From Mobula hypostoma (Eukaryota), in assembly GCF_963921235.1 (NCBI RefSeq), contig NC_086097.1, positions 35,466,001 to 35,530,000 of the forward strand: DNA of 64,000 bases. The letters are read 5' to 3'. The position numbers were made by a program, and so were the translations under genes. The notes beneath the pieces are model-generated. The model was not told where the DNA came from. It saw nothing but the letters and a program-made list of their open reading frames with translations, and ran no database searches. Shown here one piece after another: positions 1-14,717 of the stretch; positions within the stretch are counted from its first letter, which is position 1; each line of letters opens with the position of its first letter.

Positions 1-169
1 ATGTCTGTGGACCCCAGGTCAGGAACCCCTGGGAGAATACAGTTCCAGTCTGCTCAATCCCTGTCATAAAGTAAATGAGTGGTACTGGTCTAGAGAATCC
101 TCAGGTTGACAGTTCCCTCTTTCTCTCCCCTTCTTTACTTAATTAGTTGGCTTCTCCCGGTTTGCCAAG

Positions 170-1760
170 TAGGAAACAAGAACAAAATTGTACACACCAG
201 TCCAAATGGGGTCTCATAAAGATCATTTGCAATTGAAGTAAGACTTCCAAATTCCAGAATTAAAATCCCTGCGTAATGAGTGCTGGCATACCATTTGCCT
301 TTGTACAGGTATTTTGATCACCAGTGTACAAGTACAGCCTGTTCCCTTTGAAATTCAACACTACCTAAAAGCTCACCATTTATCAAATATTCTGCTTTTA
401 TTTGCACCGAAGCTAATAACTCATTTTGCACATTACATTCCATCTGTCACATTCACTCCCACTTATTTAATTTGTTCATATTCCCTTTAAGCCCTTTTAC
501 ATCATCCTTCGTACTGACAATCCCACCTCTTTTAGTACTATCAATAAACCTGGAAATATGGCATTTGATCCCTTAGGCAAATTGCTGATATAAGTTGTAA
601 ACAACTGAGGCTCAGCATCCTTTCTTGCAATATTCTACCTTTCACAGCCTGGCATCCATCTATCTTCTCCCTTTGCTTCCTGTCCAACAACTGAATGCCA
701 CAGAACAGAGAGACCTAGGGGTTCGGGTACATGGTTTCCTGAAAGCATCGCCACAGGTAGATGGTGGTGAAGAAGGCTTCTGGCATGCTGCCCTTCATCA
801 GTCTGGGCACTGTGAATAGAAATAGAGATGTTATGTTACAGATTTTTAAGATATTGGTGAGGCTACATTTGGAATATAATGTTCAGTTTTGGTCACCCTA
901 CTGTAGGAAAGATGGCTTAACACTGGAGAGAGTGCACAAGAGATTGATGATGAAGTTGCCAGGACTCACAAGACTGAGTTAGGGAGAGAGATTGAGCAAA
1001 TTGGAACTCTTTTCATTAAAAGTATAGGAGAATGAGGGGTGACCTTACACCGAAGTATAAAATTATGAGGGGTAATCTTATACAAATATATAAAATTATG
1101 AGGGGCATGGATCGTGAAAGAACACAGCCCCCATGCTGTGGAATCATGAACTAGGTGTAAGGTGAGAGTGGATACATTTAAGAGGAACCTGAAGGGCAGT
1201 TTATTTCAAACAGAGGACGGTCAAATTGGGGCAGGTACATTAACAAAAGTTAAAAGTTACTTAGAAAGGTACATGGATAAAGAAGGTTTTAAAGGGAGTT
1301 GGGTCAAATACAAATAAGTGGGACTAGCTTTGGTGGGAATCTTGGTTTGCTTGGACAGGTGGACTGAAGGACCTGTTTCCATGCCTACAACTAATTCTTT
1401 CTGTATTAAAGCTTCTTGTATGTGCTCTAACCTTGTTGTTGACCAAACTCTTTATCAAACACCTTAAAATCTAAATAATCACCTTGCCTCCGGAGATTCC
1501 CACTTATCGAATTCACATGTCACAACCTTTAAAAAATTCCAGCAAATCAGCCAAATGTTAGTTTTGTTTAATAAATCCACGTTGGCTGCACTTTGTCCTA
1601 CTGTTCTGTTCATGGTGCTCTTTCATTATAAATTTTATCATTTTCCTTACTGCTGCCAATAGGCTAACAGACTAATAGTTCGCCACTTCTCTCACCCTCT
1701 TTTCTCAAATGGTTTACTATTCTTCAATCTGCAGTCCCAGCATCTATAGAATCAAGTGTC
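170..1760 (-). mobile_element. Old, degenerate CR1 LINE ORF2 fragment, interrupted by a + strand CR1 piece
   Basis: Reverse complement of ~185-620 and ~1420-1760 shows decayed CR1 RT-region sequence (e.g. tgagaccccatttggactggtgtgtacaattttg); no ORF remains. Confidence 0.4.
690..1390 (+). mobile_element. CR1 LINE 3' fragment
   Basis: ORFs 625-819 and 761-982 give EQRDLGV...LVRLHLEYNVQFWSPY, the CR1 ORF2 C-terminus; ends in a gactgaaggacctgtttcc 3' UTR motif. Confidence 0.8.
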
Positions 1761-2361
1761 TCCAGATCAATTTTCTGGTAACTTAACCTTGAACATCATC
1801 ATAATCTATTTGCAAAACATAAGGTAAAAGAAAAGAACAAAATTTAGATGGAAGGTGCTTGCTATTTACTTGACAGATGACTGTAGAGAGTTCACCTGTG
1901 ATGTAATTGAGCCTGCCACCTCATCTTTCATTCAGTGCTCTGAAAGGCACAGAAAATGAGAGATTCTCCTTTGGAATTATCCTGGGCAGAATTTTGATTG
2001 CCGTTGTGATGGATATTGCTCATGGGGATCTCCCAGATAAATACAACTGCAAAATGTAGATGTCACATGCTTCACAAACAGAATAGACAACACACTGCCA
2101 GTCTGCACAGTGACTTGCTCAACTCTAAAAAAAAAATGTTGCTAGGAATTTCAGCTGTGTGACATTGTATGTCAGCATTATATAATTGAATATTGTCTAT
2201 CAGTGTGGGAAGATGATATGCCATGTTCCAATTAATTGTTTCAATCCAGAAGTACAATTGGACACTTCCAAGGTGGCATCAAACTTCTAGTCCAGACATA
2301 TTTTATCCATGAGGGGTGCATAGTTTGATATCAGAAGATAACCAGTCAAACCTATCAAACA

Positions 2362-2462
2362 AGTCCTGGTGATGGGTCTCGGTCTGCAATGTCAACTGTT
2401 TATTCCTCTCCATCGATGCTACTTAACCCATTGAGTTCCTCCAGCATTTTGTGTGTGTTGTG
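2362..2462 (+). mobile_element. Penelope-like element pseudo-LTR fragment with decayed hammerhead motif
   Basis: agtcctggtgatgggtctcggtctgcaatgtcaactg...gagttcctccagcattttgtgtgtg matches the better-preserved copies at 39638 and 42897. Confidence 0.6.
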
Positions 2463-3984
2463 ACTGTCAAACTTCACTTTTCCAGCTCCAACTGGAATGT
2501 CTACCAAAGAAGTTGACCACTAGCTTTGTATCTTTTAAACAACGCCAATCAACCTGCCCTAGCCACCCATCAGCCCATACCCACCCTTTCTGTTCCACCT
2601 CACCCCATTCTACCCTCCCACAGCTTAAAATCATAGGCCCAGTTCCTGGGCTTTGAATGCAGCCAGAGTTTATGATACATAACCAACAATCATAACTGCC
2701 TTGATACTTTCTGATGCTCAATCTTTATAAAGCATTAGAATTTTTTGGCGTAAATGTCTTATCAAGAATGGTAATTCCAACAGCATCAACATTGTTTTTC
2801 AAGCTGAATGTATACTTGATCTTTTTTGTTAATAGTGCATCAGAGTTTGACACTTTTAACCATCCTATTATTAATGTATGTACCAGCAAACTCATGGTAT
2901 TAAGAAACTCAGTGTGTGACAATTTATTATTCTGGTGCACGCCTTACCTAAAGGAGATCTTGCACTTGTTTTTTTGTATTGTTTCATGTATAAATTCTAA
3001 AAGATATTATTTAAATGGATGAAATTGAACTGTTATGAACTCGCAGAAATTGCAGGTTATTTGCCACCAGAGATGCCTTAAAAAGTCTGATGATAATGAG
3101 CAGAATTTCCTCTAGTTTAGAAGTTTCCAGCTCATTCAAGCACATTTCAAATTGTCATTAGAGATTGTAATAGAGTCAGATTTTATCCAACCTTGCCTGT
3201 ACTCCTTTTGTTGTCAATTTTTAACTCATTGTTCTTTGCCTCTCCGTTTTTCACTCTTCACCTCTTCTCCCTTTCTCTATGATGATCTGCTTGCTTCTTA
3301 ATCCTTTAGATTTATTGGTTAAGGAAGTAAGACCACTGTTTAAGGCTGCAGATTTGCTCCCATTAGCATCTTGTGCATCTACCAAATTGTAGTTAAAGTA
3401 TTTCTCTAGATAAATGTTTAACCAATGGCTGCGGGGCTCTAGAGTCTGTCCAAGTGTTGCAGAATGCACAAAGATCAGTGAAGCACATAAGTGTTTCTCT
3501 GTCTGTTTACCTGTCACCCCTTTTCATCTGGACCATTGTCATTGAAACCTGTAAGAGAAAAGCTACATTGAAACTAATGAATAAAGTAGCAAAATAGTAA
3601 GATGTGAGCAATTGAGGGAGGATCAAATTCGATACTGACTTTCTGAGGGTTTAACCCAATCTACCAAAACTCTGGAACAAAGGTAAAGTTCCAGTAGATG
3701 AATGCAAGAACTGCACTGTCCAGGGCCACTGACTTCAATCAGAAGTTAAATTTGGAGCAGAGAGCCTTTTTCAGTTGATGGCCAAGTAGGGGAGAATACA
3801 ATGGGATCGGGGTCAGCTTAGGGTCAATGGATGCTTGATGATTGATATGAACTCAATGTTCCAGAAAATGTGTTTCTGTGCTTTGTCAATCTTTGACTTT
3901 ATAATATAGCATTCTAATTCAGTGAGAGGAATGCATTGGAATTGAATGCAATAGGAGGGCCAATGACTATTTAAGGTAATTGGA

Positions 3985-5970
3985 CAAAGTCAACTAGGTT
4001 TAGTGAAATGCAAATCATACTTGACTAATTTACTGCAGCTTTTTGAATTAGTAACATATACTGCATGTTACTTATGAAAGCTAACTAGAAGATACATTGT
4101 ACTTAGATTTCAAAATTATTTGATGAGGTACAGAATCAAACATCATTGCATAAAATAAAATCACAATAGAACCATAGAACCATAGAAACTACAGCACAGA
4201 AACAGGCCCTTTGGCCCTTCTTGGCTGTGCCGAACCATTTTCTGCCTAGTCCCACTGACCTACACACGGACCATATCCCTCTATACACCTCCCATCCGTG
4301 TATCTGTCCAATTTATTCTTAAATGTTAAAAAAGAACCCACATTTACCACCTTGTCTGGCAGCTCATTCCATACTCCCCCACCACTCTCTGTGTGAAGAA
4401 ACCCCCCCTAATGTTCCCTTTAAACTTTTCCCCCCTCACCCTTAACCCATGTCCTCTGGTTTTTTTCTCCCCTTGCCCCAGTGGAAAAAGCCTGCTTGCA
4501 TTCACTCTATCTATACTCATCATAATTTTATATACCTCTATCAAATCTCCCCTCATTCTTCTATGCTCCAGGAAATAAAGTCCTAACCTATTCAACCTTT
4601 CTTTGTAACTGAGTTTCTCAAGTCCCGGCAACATCTTTGTGAACCTTCTCTGCACTCTTTCAACCTTATTTATATCCTTCCTGTAATTTGGTGACCAAAA
4701 CTGAACACAATACTCCAGATTCGGCCTCACTAATGCCTTATACAACCTCATCATAACATTATATTCAATGTTCCAGTGATATAAAATAGATAGAAAATCA
4801 ACAGTTTAATGGGAAGCACATTCTTTCTTTTCCAGTTCTGACAAAAGCTTTTCAACCTGAAGCATTGATTTTATTTCTTTTCCACCAGATGCAGCCTGAT
4901 CTGGTGAGTATTTGAAATATTTTCTGGGTTTATTTTAGATTTCAATTAACTATCAAAGTTTTTAGGTTTTCAGTGGAAAACTTAGTCTTACCCCAATTGC
5001 TGAGACCCAATGCACGGCGTGACATGGTGTAGCTGGCATACTATTTTGCAGTTTATGTGAATGACTTAAATAAAGCCACCAAAGGAATAGTTGCTGAATT
5101 TACTGTTGACAAAAGATTAGATGGGAAAGAAAGCTGGGAAGAGAACACAAGTGGCCACACAGGAGTATAAACAGAATACACCAATGAACAAGCATCAGCA
5201 GATAGAGTATACTGTGGGAAAAGAAGTGAAATTCTCCATCTATGATGACACAAAACATTAAAACGAAAATTATGATGAGAAGTTGCAAACCTCTGAGATG
5301 CCATGGGATCTGGGTGACCTAGTGAATAATTTGCAAAAGGCAGGTACAGCAAGCAGTTGGAAAAGCTGACCAAGTTATTGCTAGGGAGACTATTGAGATA
5401 AGAGAATTATGATTCAGTTATCTTGGTCACTGTTAAGACCAGGTCTGGATTATTATATACAATATTGTATTCCTTAGTTAAAAAAGAAGTGAATGCTTTG
5501 GAAATAGTTCAGGCAAGATGTTCTAGGAATACTTGGAATAGGTGAGTTATCTTATGTGGAAAGGTTGTGCAAGCTACGTTGCATTTGTTGGAGTTCAGAT
5601 GAATAAGAGGCACCTTCAGCGAATCACATAAGATCCTGAGGGATTGAGAGAGGGTGGATGACTCCCATGGAGGATCTAAAAGTAAGGGTCATTTTTACAA
5701 ATAAGAAATCACCTTTCAAGATGGGGGAGGCAAAAAAACTTTCCCTTTGGATGGTCATGAGTCTTTGGAACTCTTCCTCAAAGGTTGGTCAAGGCAGAAA
5801 TTTGGAATATTTTAAAGGGAGAGATAGAAAGATTCTTCCTAAGCAAGGGGCTGAAAGATTACCATGGGTAGATGGGCGGAGTAAAAGTTACAATCTTGTC
5901 AACCGTGGCCTTACTTCATTTTAGAGCAAAGCTCAAGTGTTCATCTGACTTATCCCTGCTTCTGATTTGG
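3985..5970 (+). mobile_element. Old CR1 LINE ORF2/3' remnant, interrupted at 4166-4760 and ~4825-4945
   Basis: Decayed QHGF-KSCLTNL region near 3990-4050 and 3' features such as SLWNS in ORF 5658-5924. Confidence 0.55.
4166..4760 (-). mobile_element. Young 5'-truncated CR1 LINE
   Basis: ORF 4344-4754 MMRLYKALVRPNLEYCVQFWSP...RRMRGDLIEVYKI; (atagaacc)n 8-bp tail from 4166. Confidence 0.93.
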
Positions 5971-6394
5971 ATGTTGATCTTTTGAGATATACTGGGACAA
6001 GTTATTGTATAGGAGAAAATGAAGCTGTTAAATATTTTCTTTAAATCCTCCAGGATATGTTTTCCAGTGAAGTGGAAAATATTGAAGTAATTAGAGACAG
6101 TTAAACCAAATTAGCTTGCTGTGCAGAGAGTAATATGTGGCTTTTTGTTGTTGTAGTAATGATTAATGTTTGAATTAAATTAACATAATTACTTGCATGG
6201 GACTGGTGATTGGTTTACACTATAGCTTCATTTTAATTTGCTTTTTACAATGAACTGCAGTCCCTGCAGACCTGACACATGTTGTTCAGCTGTACTCTGG
6301 CAAGAACTAACATTTTAGGCAAAGTATTAAAAATTGGTTCAAATTTACTGAAACACACCAGTCAATATTGGAGAGGGTAAGGAGATTTCATTAT

Positions 6395-6905
6395 AAACAC
6401 AAAAGATTCTGCAGATGCTGGAAATCCTGAGCAACACACATAAAATGCTGGAGGGACACAGCAGGTCGGGCAACATCTATGAAAATGAATAAGCAATCAA
6501 TGTTTATCATTTTCAGGACTAAAAAGGAAGGGGGAAGATGGCAGAATAAAAAGGTGGGGGAGAGGGAAAGGAGGACATGCTAGAAGATGATAGATGAAGC
6601 CAGGTGGGTGAAGAAAGGTAAAGGGCTGGAGAAGGAATCTGATAGGAGAGGAGAGTTAGCCATGGCAGAAAGGTAAGAAGGAGAGGCATCAGGGGGAGGT
6701 GATAGGCAGATGAGGGGAAAAGGTAAAAGGCCAGAGTGGGGAAAAAGAAATTGATGTTCATGCTATCAGGTTGGAAGCTAGCTAGATGGAACATGAAGTG
6801 TTGCTCCTTCGCCCTGGGAGTTGCCTCATCGTGGCAAAAGAGGTCAAGGACGAAAATGTCAGAATGGGAATGGGGATAGGAATTAAAGTGGTTGGCCTCC
6901 GAAAA
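6395..6905 (-). mobile_element. Penelope-like element 3' fragment (endonuclease C-terminus plus pseudo-LTR)
   Basis: ORF 6519-6794 starts FHLASFQPDSMNINF, matching IFRLGSLQPDGMNIDF at 40034-40249; followed by a pyrimidine-rich UTR and a ccagcatctgcagaatc end. Confidence 0.75.
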
Positions 6906-7079
6906 ATTTATTATTAACTAGTGTGGAGGAAAACTAAGGATTCGAGGGCCAAGGAGAGAAACTAAATATTTGAGGAAGAGAACCAAGGATTAGAGGGAAA
7001 AGGGAGAGGTATAATGGTTAGAAAGGAATAGGGAAAATGGCAGGGACCTGCAGAGTACTGATATACAGAGAAACCGAAG

Positions 7080-7520
7080 AGTGTAAGTCCATAACATCCT
7101 GAAAGTACGATACAAGTGGATAGGGGAGTGAAAAGTTGAAAAATTAAAATTCACCAGGAATGTTGACAGGGATGGAGAGCTGTAGTTATATGGATAGATT
7201 GGATAGCTTGTGTTTATTCTCATTGGATTTTAGGAGGCTGAGGGGTGACCTTCTAAAATACTGAGACAGGATGGATAGTCCAATATACTTCCACAGAACT
7301 GGAGAGTCTAGAGCTCAGGGACACTGTTTTAGGAGAAATTTAAAGGAAATGTGGGGTAGGGTCTTCACATAGACGGTGGTGAATATGTGAATGAACTATG
7401 AAAGAAGTAGTGGCAGTAGACACAATTACAATGCTTAAAAGGAATTTGAACAGGAACTTAGAAAAGAAAAGTGCAGAGAGATATGGGCCTCTTACATGCC
7501 AATGGCACCGGCGTAGATAG
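7080..7520 (+). mobile_element. Old CR1 3' fragment
   Basis: ttcaccaggaatgttg, ggaggctgaggggtgacctt and cttcacatagacggtggtg are CR1 3' landmarks. Confidence 0.6.
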
Positions 7521-8105
7521 ACTTTACCTTACTTTATTGTCGCCAAACAATTGATACTAGAGTGTACAATCATCACAGTGATATTTGATTCTGCGCTTCG
7601 CGCTCCCTGGAGTACAAATCAATAGTAAATAATAAAAATTTAAATTGTATATCATAAATAGAAAATTGAAAAGGGAAAGTAAGGTACTGCAAAAAACTGA
7701 GAGGCAGGTCCAGATATTTGGAGGGTACGGCCTAGATCCGGGTCAGGATCCATTCAGCAGTCTTATCACAGTTGGATAGAAGCTGTTCCCAAATCTGGCC
7801 GTATGAGTCTTCAAGCTCCTGAGCCTTCTCCCGGAGGGAAGAGGGACGAAAAGTGTGTTGGCTGGGTGGGTCGTGTCCTTGATTATCCTGGCAGCACTGC
7901 TCCGACAGCGTGCGGTGTAAAGTGAGTCCAAGGACGGAAGATTAGTTTGCGTGATGTGCTGAGCTATGTTCACGATCTTCTGCAGCTTCTTTTGGTCTTG
8001 GACAGGACAACTTCCATACCAGATTGTGATGCACCCTAGAAGAATACTTTCTACAGTGCATCTATAAAAATTAGTGAGGGTTTTAGGGGACAGGCCAAAT
8101 TTCTT
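7520..8105 (-). mobile_element. Rex1/Babar-type LINE 3' fragment
   Basis: ORF 7743-7973 IIKDTTHPANTLFVPLPSGRRLRSLKTHTARFGNSFYPTVIRLLN, the typical C-terminus of this clade; AATAAA near the 3' end. Confidence 0.8.
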
Positions 8106-8330
8106 TATGATTTATTTAAGACCTTATGATCAGCATGGGCCAGGTGTCCACTTCTGTGCTGTATGTTTCTTTGATTCTAATAAAGTTGAATTAAGCACGA
8201 TGACTACAAGTGACCTAACAGTCTGCAAGTCTGCAAGTCCACCGAGGAAGTCAAGGTCCAATGTTTGTGAGCCCCCAAGTCCACCAGAGGCTGAGGCCCA
8301 GAGGCAGCCTGTCCTATGGTTGAAGGACTC

Positions 8331-8377
8331 TGTGTGTGTGTGTGTGTGTGTGAGTGTGTGTGTGTGTGTTTGTGTGT
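8331..8377. repeat. (TG)n microsatellite
   Basis: About 23 TG units with two interruptions. Confidence 0.95.
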
Positions 8378-10925
8378 CGTTGAGCATCGTGAGCATGCTA
8401 TGTTGGTGCCAGACACTTACAGACTGCCCCTAGCACATCCTTAGGTATGTTTCCTTTCAAAACATCCGTTTACTGTATAGTTTCATGTACATGTGATAAG
8501 TAATCTTAATCTGAATCTGAATCAGAAAACTTGTTTCAGATAGCTGCTGGGGAAACCTTAAAATAGCCTGTTTTAAATTGCCAGCCTGGGCAAGATAGTA
8601 CATAGGAAATTGCATTGCAAAACTGGATTCCTCAGAAAGAATTTTAGTCCCAAACTCCAGACAACAAAACATTGAATTTATCACCCTGTTGTACCATGAT
8701 TTCATCACAGAAATGAATGCATGCTTAAAAATTATACAGGTTTGGAATAAAGGTGAAGAAATTAGCAATTGCTTTAATTAAACTTCCACCATGTAACACT
8801 TTGATACTGCACCTTTTCGTAAATTAAACATCCTTGCTTTTCCTCTTAAATTAATGATTTGTAGGTTGATATTGCTTTCATTCAAATAACTCACCTCAAA
8901 TCTAATTTGAAGTAATCTATAATAAGATTTCACACAAAAGTTATTTATAACCTGATGCATTAATTTCCACTACTAACGTACAAACTCCATACAGACAACA
9001 TTAATGCATGTGAGATGGTTTTCATGATGGATTAGGCTGCTTTCATAACTCTGTGCAATCTCTTGCAGTCTTGGGCAGAGCAGTTGCCATAGCAATCTGT
9101 GATGCATCGGGGCAGGAATAATAAAAGTCTGTAAGGGTCGCTGCGAACATACTAAAATTTCATAGCCTTCTGAACAAGTAGAGGTGTTTGGTGCACTTTC
9201 TTAGCTCTAGCTGAAGAGAGGTTGTTTGTTAACCATAACTATGTTTCTGGAGGAAAATAAATAGAGGAAGATGAACGGGGTACTAGAGAGTGGAAAAGCA
9301 AAAAAAAGATGGCCTCCTGCACATTCCCTATAAAGTACAATGTAAGTTCAAGGATAAGCACCTCACCCTCAGATTGCAGCCCCTGACACCCAGAACTGAA
9401 TTCACCATTTCAGATCACCAGCCTTTCGGTTTGTGACAAGACTAGCCAGTGCCACCCGCCACATTAACTCCATTTTCATCTCTCTACAGGTGCTACTTGC
9501 TCTGCTGAGTATTTCCAGCATGCCCCTTTATTTCACGTTTCTATCAATTGTCGTGCTCTGCATCTCGACTCCAATTTTATTTTTCCTGCCGCTGTATTTC
9601 ATCTCATCCTATATACACTCCTGTAGATTGATCAGCTGTAATTAAAAAAAAGCATTCACTGCTCTCTCTTAGAAGGCACCAACAGCATATCTTAGTCTCC
9701 ACTCACCGCAGATAGTCCCCTGTACTCTCCACCCCTCCTCATCTCTGCAAATGACAAGATACTTGTTTTTTTCTCACTTTTCTAGTTCTGATGAAAGTTC
9801 ATCCACCTCAAAAATAACTCTGCTTCTCTCTTTATAGATGCTGCCTGCCTTGCTAATTATCTTGAATATCTTCTGTTGTTATTTCATATTTCTAGCATCT
9901 GCAGTTTTATTTTTGCACTGAGTAACCTTGCTGATGTGGCATCTTGACATGATATGGAAATTGTATTTTTAAAAGTTATTTAAGCACATTCTTGGGACCT
10001 CTAGCAGTGTGTTAACATTCTCTTCTGTGGTAAAACCAAAACGCTGAAACCGCAATTTGGGTCTGCTCCGTTAAAATACTCCTGATTGTCTGCGGAAGCC
10101 ACATCCATATGAACATAACGTTACTTTATTCAAGTCTGCTGAACGTGATATGAACTGCTTCAGTTCGAACATATATCAAAATCCCTTCACTGTTGGAGGA
10201 AGATTGCATCAGCTGAAATAACAAACTGAATCCCACAAAAGGACAATAAGATACTGAGGAAGGAATGAACCCTTATGAAAGCAAATCATTTCATACCAGA
10301 ACAGGAATGTTGACTGATTCTCCAACATATCCAAGAAGACAAAAATGCCCTCCTGTATATGGATCCATATGTGATTTCAAGTTGATTAACCTAGGGAGAA
10401 AACAATTGCCCATGTTTCAATCTAGCATTGATTTGGAGAACATTGTGCATGATCTGCTTGTACAATGTGCAATCTCCCAACTATCAGAAAATGGAAATGG
10501 AGGCTTTTGAAATTAATGTTCACAAAGTTAAAATCTCACTGGCCTGTGCCCTCCTCCTAGAATTGCAGCCCTCAATCTTCCCATCCCATTTTTACTGCTG
10601 GGGATGCAGAGAGCCTATAATGTTGGAGCAAGGTGTTCTGGACTCCAGTAGCAGGATCTCCAGCAATGTCTTTGATAGAAAAAAAGGCCTCAAAATTACC
10701 CTATGTAATTTCTAAAGTGAGTACATGTTCAGCACAGCATTGTGGGCCAAAGGGCCTGTATTGTGCTGTAGGTTTTCTATGTTTCTAAATTTGTCAGTGG
10801 GATGGGAACCAGAGTGATAGGACTGAGGATGGAGCATTTAGTATACAACCAAATGCAGTGTATATTGAGACTGCATGGAAGGATAAGGCTCAGTGGGATG
10901 AGTTAAAGTGTAACAGGAAGTGTGA

Positions 10926-11505
10926 TAGTCATAGTCATACTTTATTGATCCCGGGGGAAATTGGTTTTCGTTACAGTTGCACCATAAATAATAATTAGTA
11001 ATAGAACCATAAATAGCCAGTAAATTATGAAATAAGTCCAGGACCAGCCTATTGGCTCAGGGTGTCTGACCCTACAAGGGAGGAGTTGTAAAGTTTGATG
11101 GCCACAGGCAGGAATGACTTCCTATGACGCTCTGTGCTGCATCTTGGTGGATTGAGTCTCTGGCTGAATGTACTCCTGTGCCCACCCAGTACATTATGTA
11201 GTGGATGGGAGATATTGACCAAGATGGCATGCAACTTAGACAGCATCCTTTTTTCAGACACCACTGTGAGAGAGTCCAGTTCCATCCCCACAACATCACT
11301 GGCCTTACGAATGAGTTTGTTGATTCTGTTGGTGTCTGTTACCCTCAGCCTGCTGCCCCAGCACACAACAGCAAACATGATAGCACTGGCCACCGCAGAC
11401 TCGTAGAACATACTCAGCATCATCCGGCAGATGTTAAAGGACCTCAGTCTCCTCAGGAAATAGAGATGGCTCTGACCCTTCTTGTAGACAGCCTCAGTGT
11501 TCTTT
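10926..11505 (-). mobile_element. Rex1/Babar-type LINE 3' fragment inserted in CR1
   Basis: ORF 11049-11540 LYFLRRLRSFNIC...HPLH...TERHRKSFLPVAIKLYN; (tagtca)n tail; CR1 sequence resumes on both sides. Confidence 0.85.
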
Positions 11506-12367
11506 GAACACAGGACTGAAGGTGTTATGTTTGAATGCATGCAGTATATGGAATAAGGTAGATGATCTTGTAGTTCAGTTGGAGACTGGCATGTATTATG
11601 TTGTTGGCATCTCTGAGTAGTGGCTGAAAGAAAATCATAGTTGGGAGCTTAACACGGAAAGGATTGGCATTAGGCAGAGGGGGTTGGATGGCTCTTTTGA
11701 TAAAAAATGAAATCCAATCCTTAGAAAGAGGTGACATGGGATCAGAAGATGTAGAATCCTTGTGGGCAGAGCTAAGAAACTGTAAGGGTAAAAAGACCCT
11801 GATGGGAGTTATACACAGGCCTCTGATCAGTAGCCAGGATGTGAGGTACAAATTACAATGGGAGATAGAAAAAACAATGTCATTTCTGGAATGGGTGTTA
11901 TGTAATGACACAGATTTGATTAGAGAGATCAAGGTAAAGGCAGTGATTATAATATGAAAGAATCCACTCTGCAGTTTGACACAGAGAAGCTAAAGTCAGA
12001 TACATCAGAATTTGAGTGGAAGAAAGGGAATTACAGAAGCTTGAGAGAGGAGCTGGTTGAAGTTGATTGGAAGGGGACACTAGCAGGGATGATGGCAGAC
12101 AACAATGGCTGGAATTTTTGGGACCGATTCGGAAGGCACAGGATAGATACATCCCAAAGATGAAGAAGAATTCTAAAGGAAGGATGAGGCAACTGTGGCT
12201 GACAAGGGAAGTCTAAGACAACACAAAAGGAAAAGAGAGTCTATATGATAGATCAAATAACACTGGGAAGGTAGAGGATTGGGGAGCTTTTAAAAACCAG
12301 CAGAAATCAACTAAAAAGCCATAAAGAGAGAAAAGATGAATATGCAGGTAAGCTAACCAATGATGTA

Positions 12368-13982
<1,615 letters not shown>

Positions 13983-14487
13983 TATAAGAGGATACTCAAA
14001 AATTTTTCAGTTATATAAAGACTAAAAGAAAGAAGGAGTGGAAATTTGGACTACTAGAAAATGATGCTGGAGAGGTAGTAATAGAAGACAAAGAAATGTC
14101 GGACAAACTAAATCAGTATTTTACATCAGTCTTCACTGCAGAAAACACAAGCAGAATGCCAGAAATTCGAGAGTGTCAAGGGGCAGAAGTGATTGTTGTT
14201 GCTATTACTATGGAGAAGGTGCTTGGGAAGCTGAAAACCCTAAAGTTAGATAAGTCACCTGAACCAGATGGACTGTACCCCAGGGTTCTGAAAGAGTAAG
14301 CTGAAGAGATTGTGGAGGTATTAGAAATGATCTTTCAAGTATCCCTAGATTCTGGAATGGCTCCGGAGGACTGGCAAATTGCAAATGTCACTCCACTCTT
14401 TAAGAAGAGAAGAAGGCAGAGTAAAGGAAATTATAGGCAGTTCGTCTGACTTCAGTGGTTGGGAAGATGTTGGAGTGTATAATTAAG

Positions 14488-14717
14488 ACCATAACACCAT
14501 AAGATATAGCAGCAGAATTAAGCTAATCGGCCAATCGAGTCTGCTCCGCCATTTCATCATGGCTGATCCATTTTTCCTCACAGCCCCAATCTCCTGCCTT
14601 CTTCCAGTATCCCTTCTTGCCCTGACCAATCAAGAATCTATCAACCTCTGACTTAAATATACATAAAGACTTGGCCTCCACGGTTGCCTGTGGCAACGAA
14701 TTCCATAGATTCGCTAC
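14488..14717 (-). mobile_element. Short CR1 3'-end insertion inside CR1
   Basis: accataacaccataag tail; aattaag target-site duplication at 14481-14487 and 14718-14724. Confidence 0.8.
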
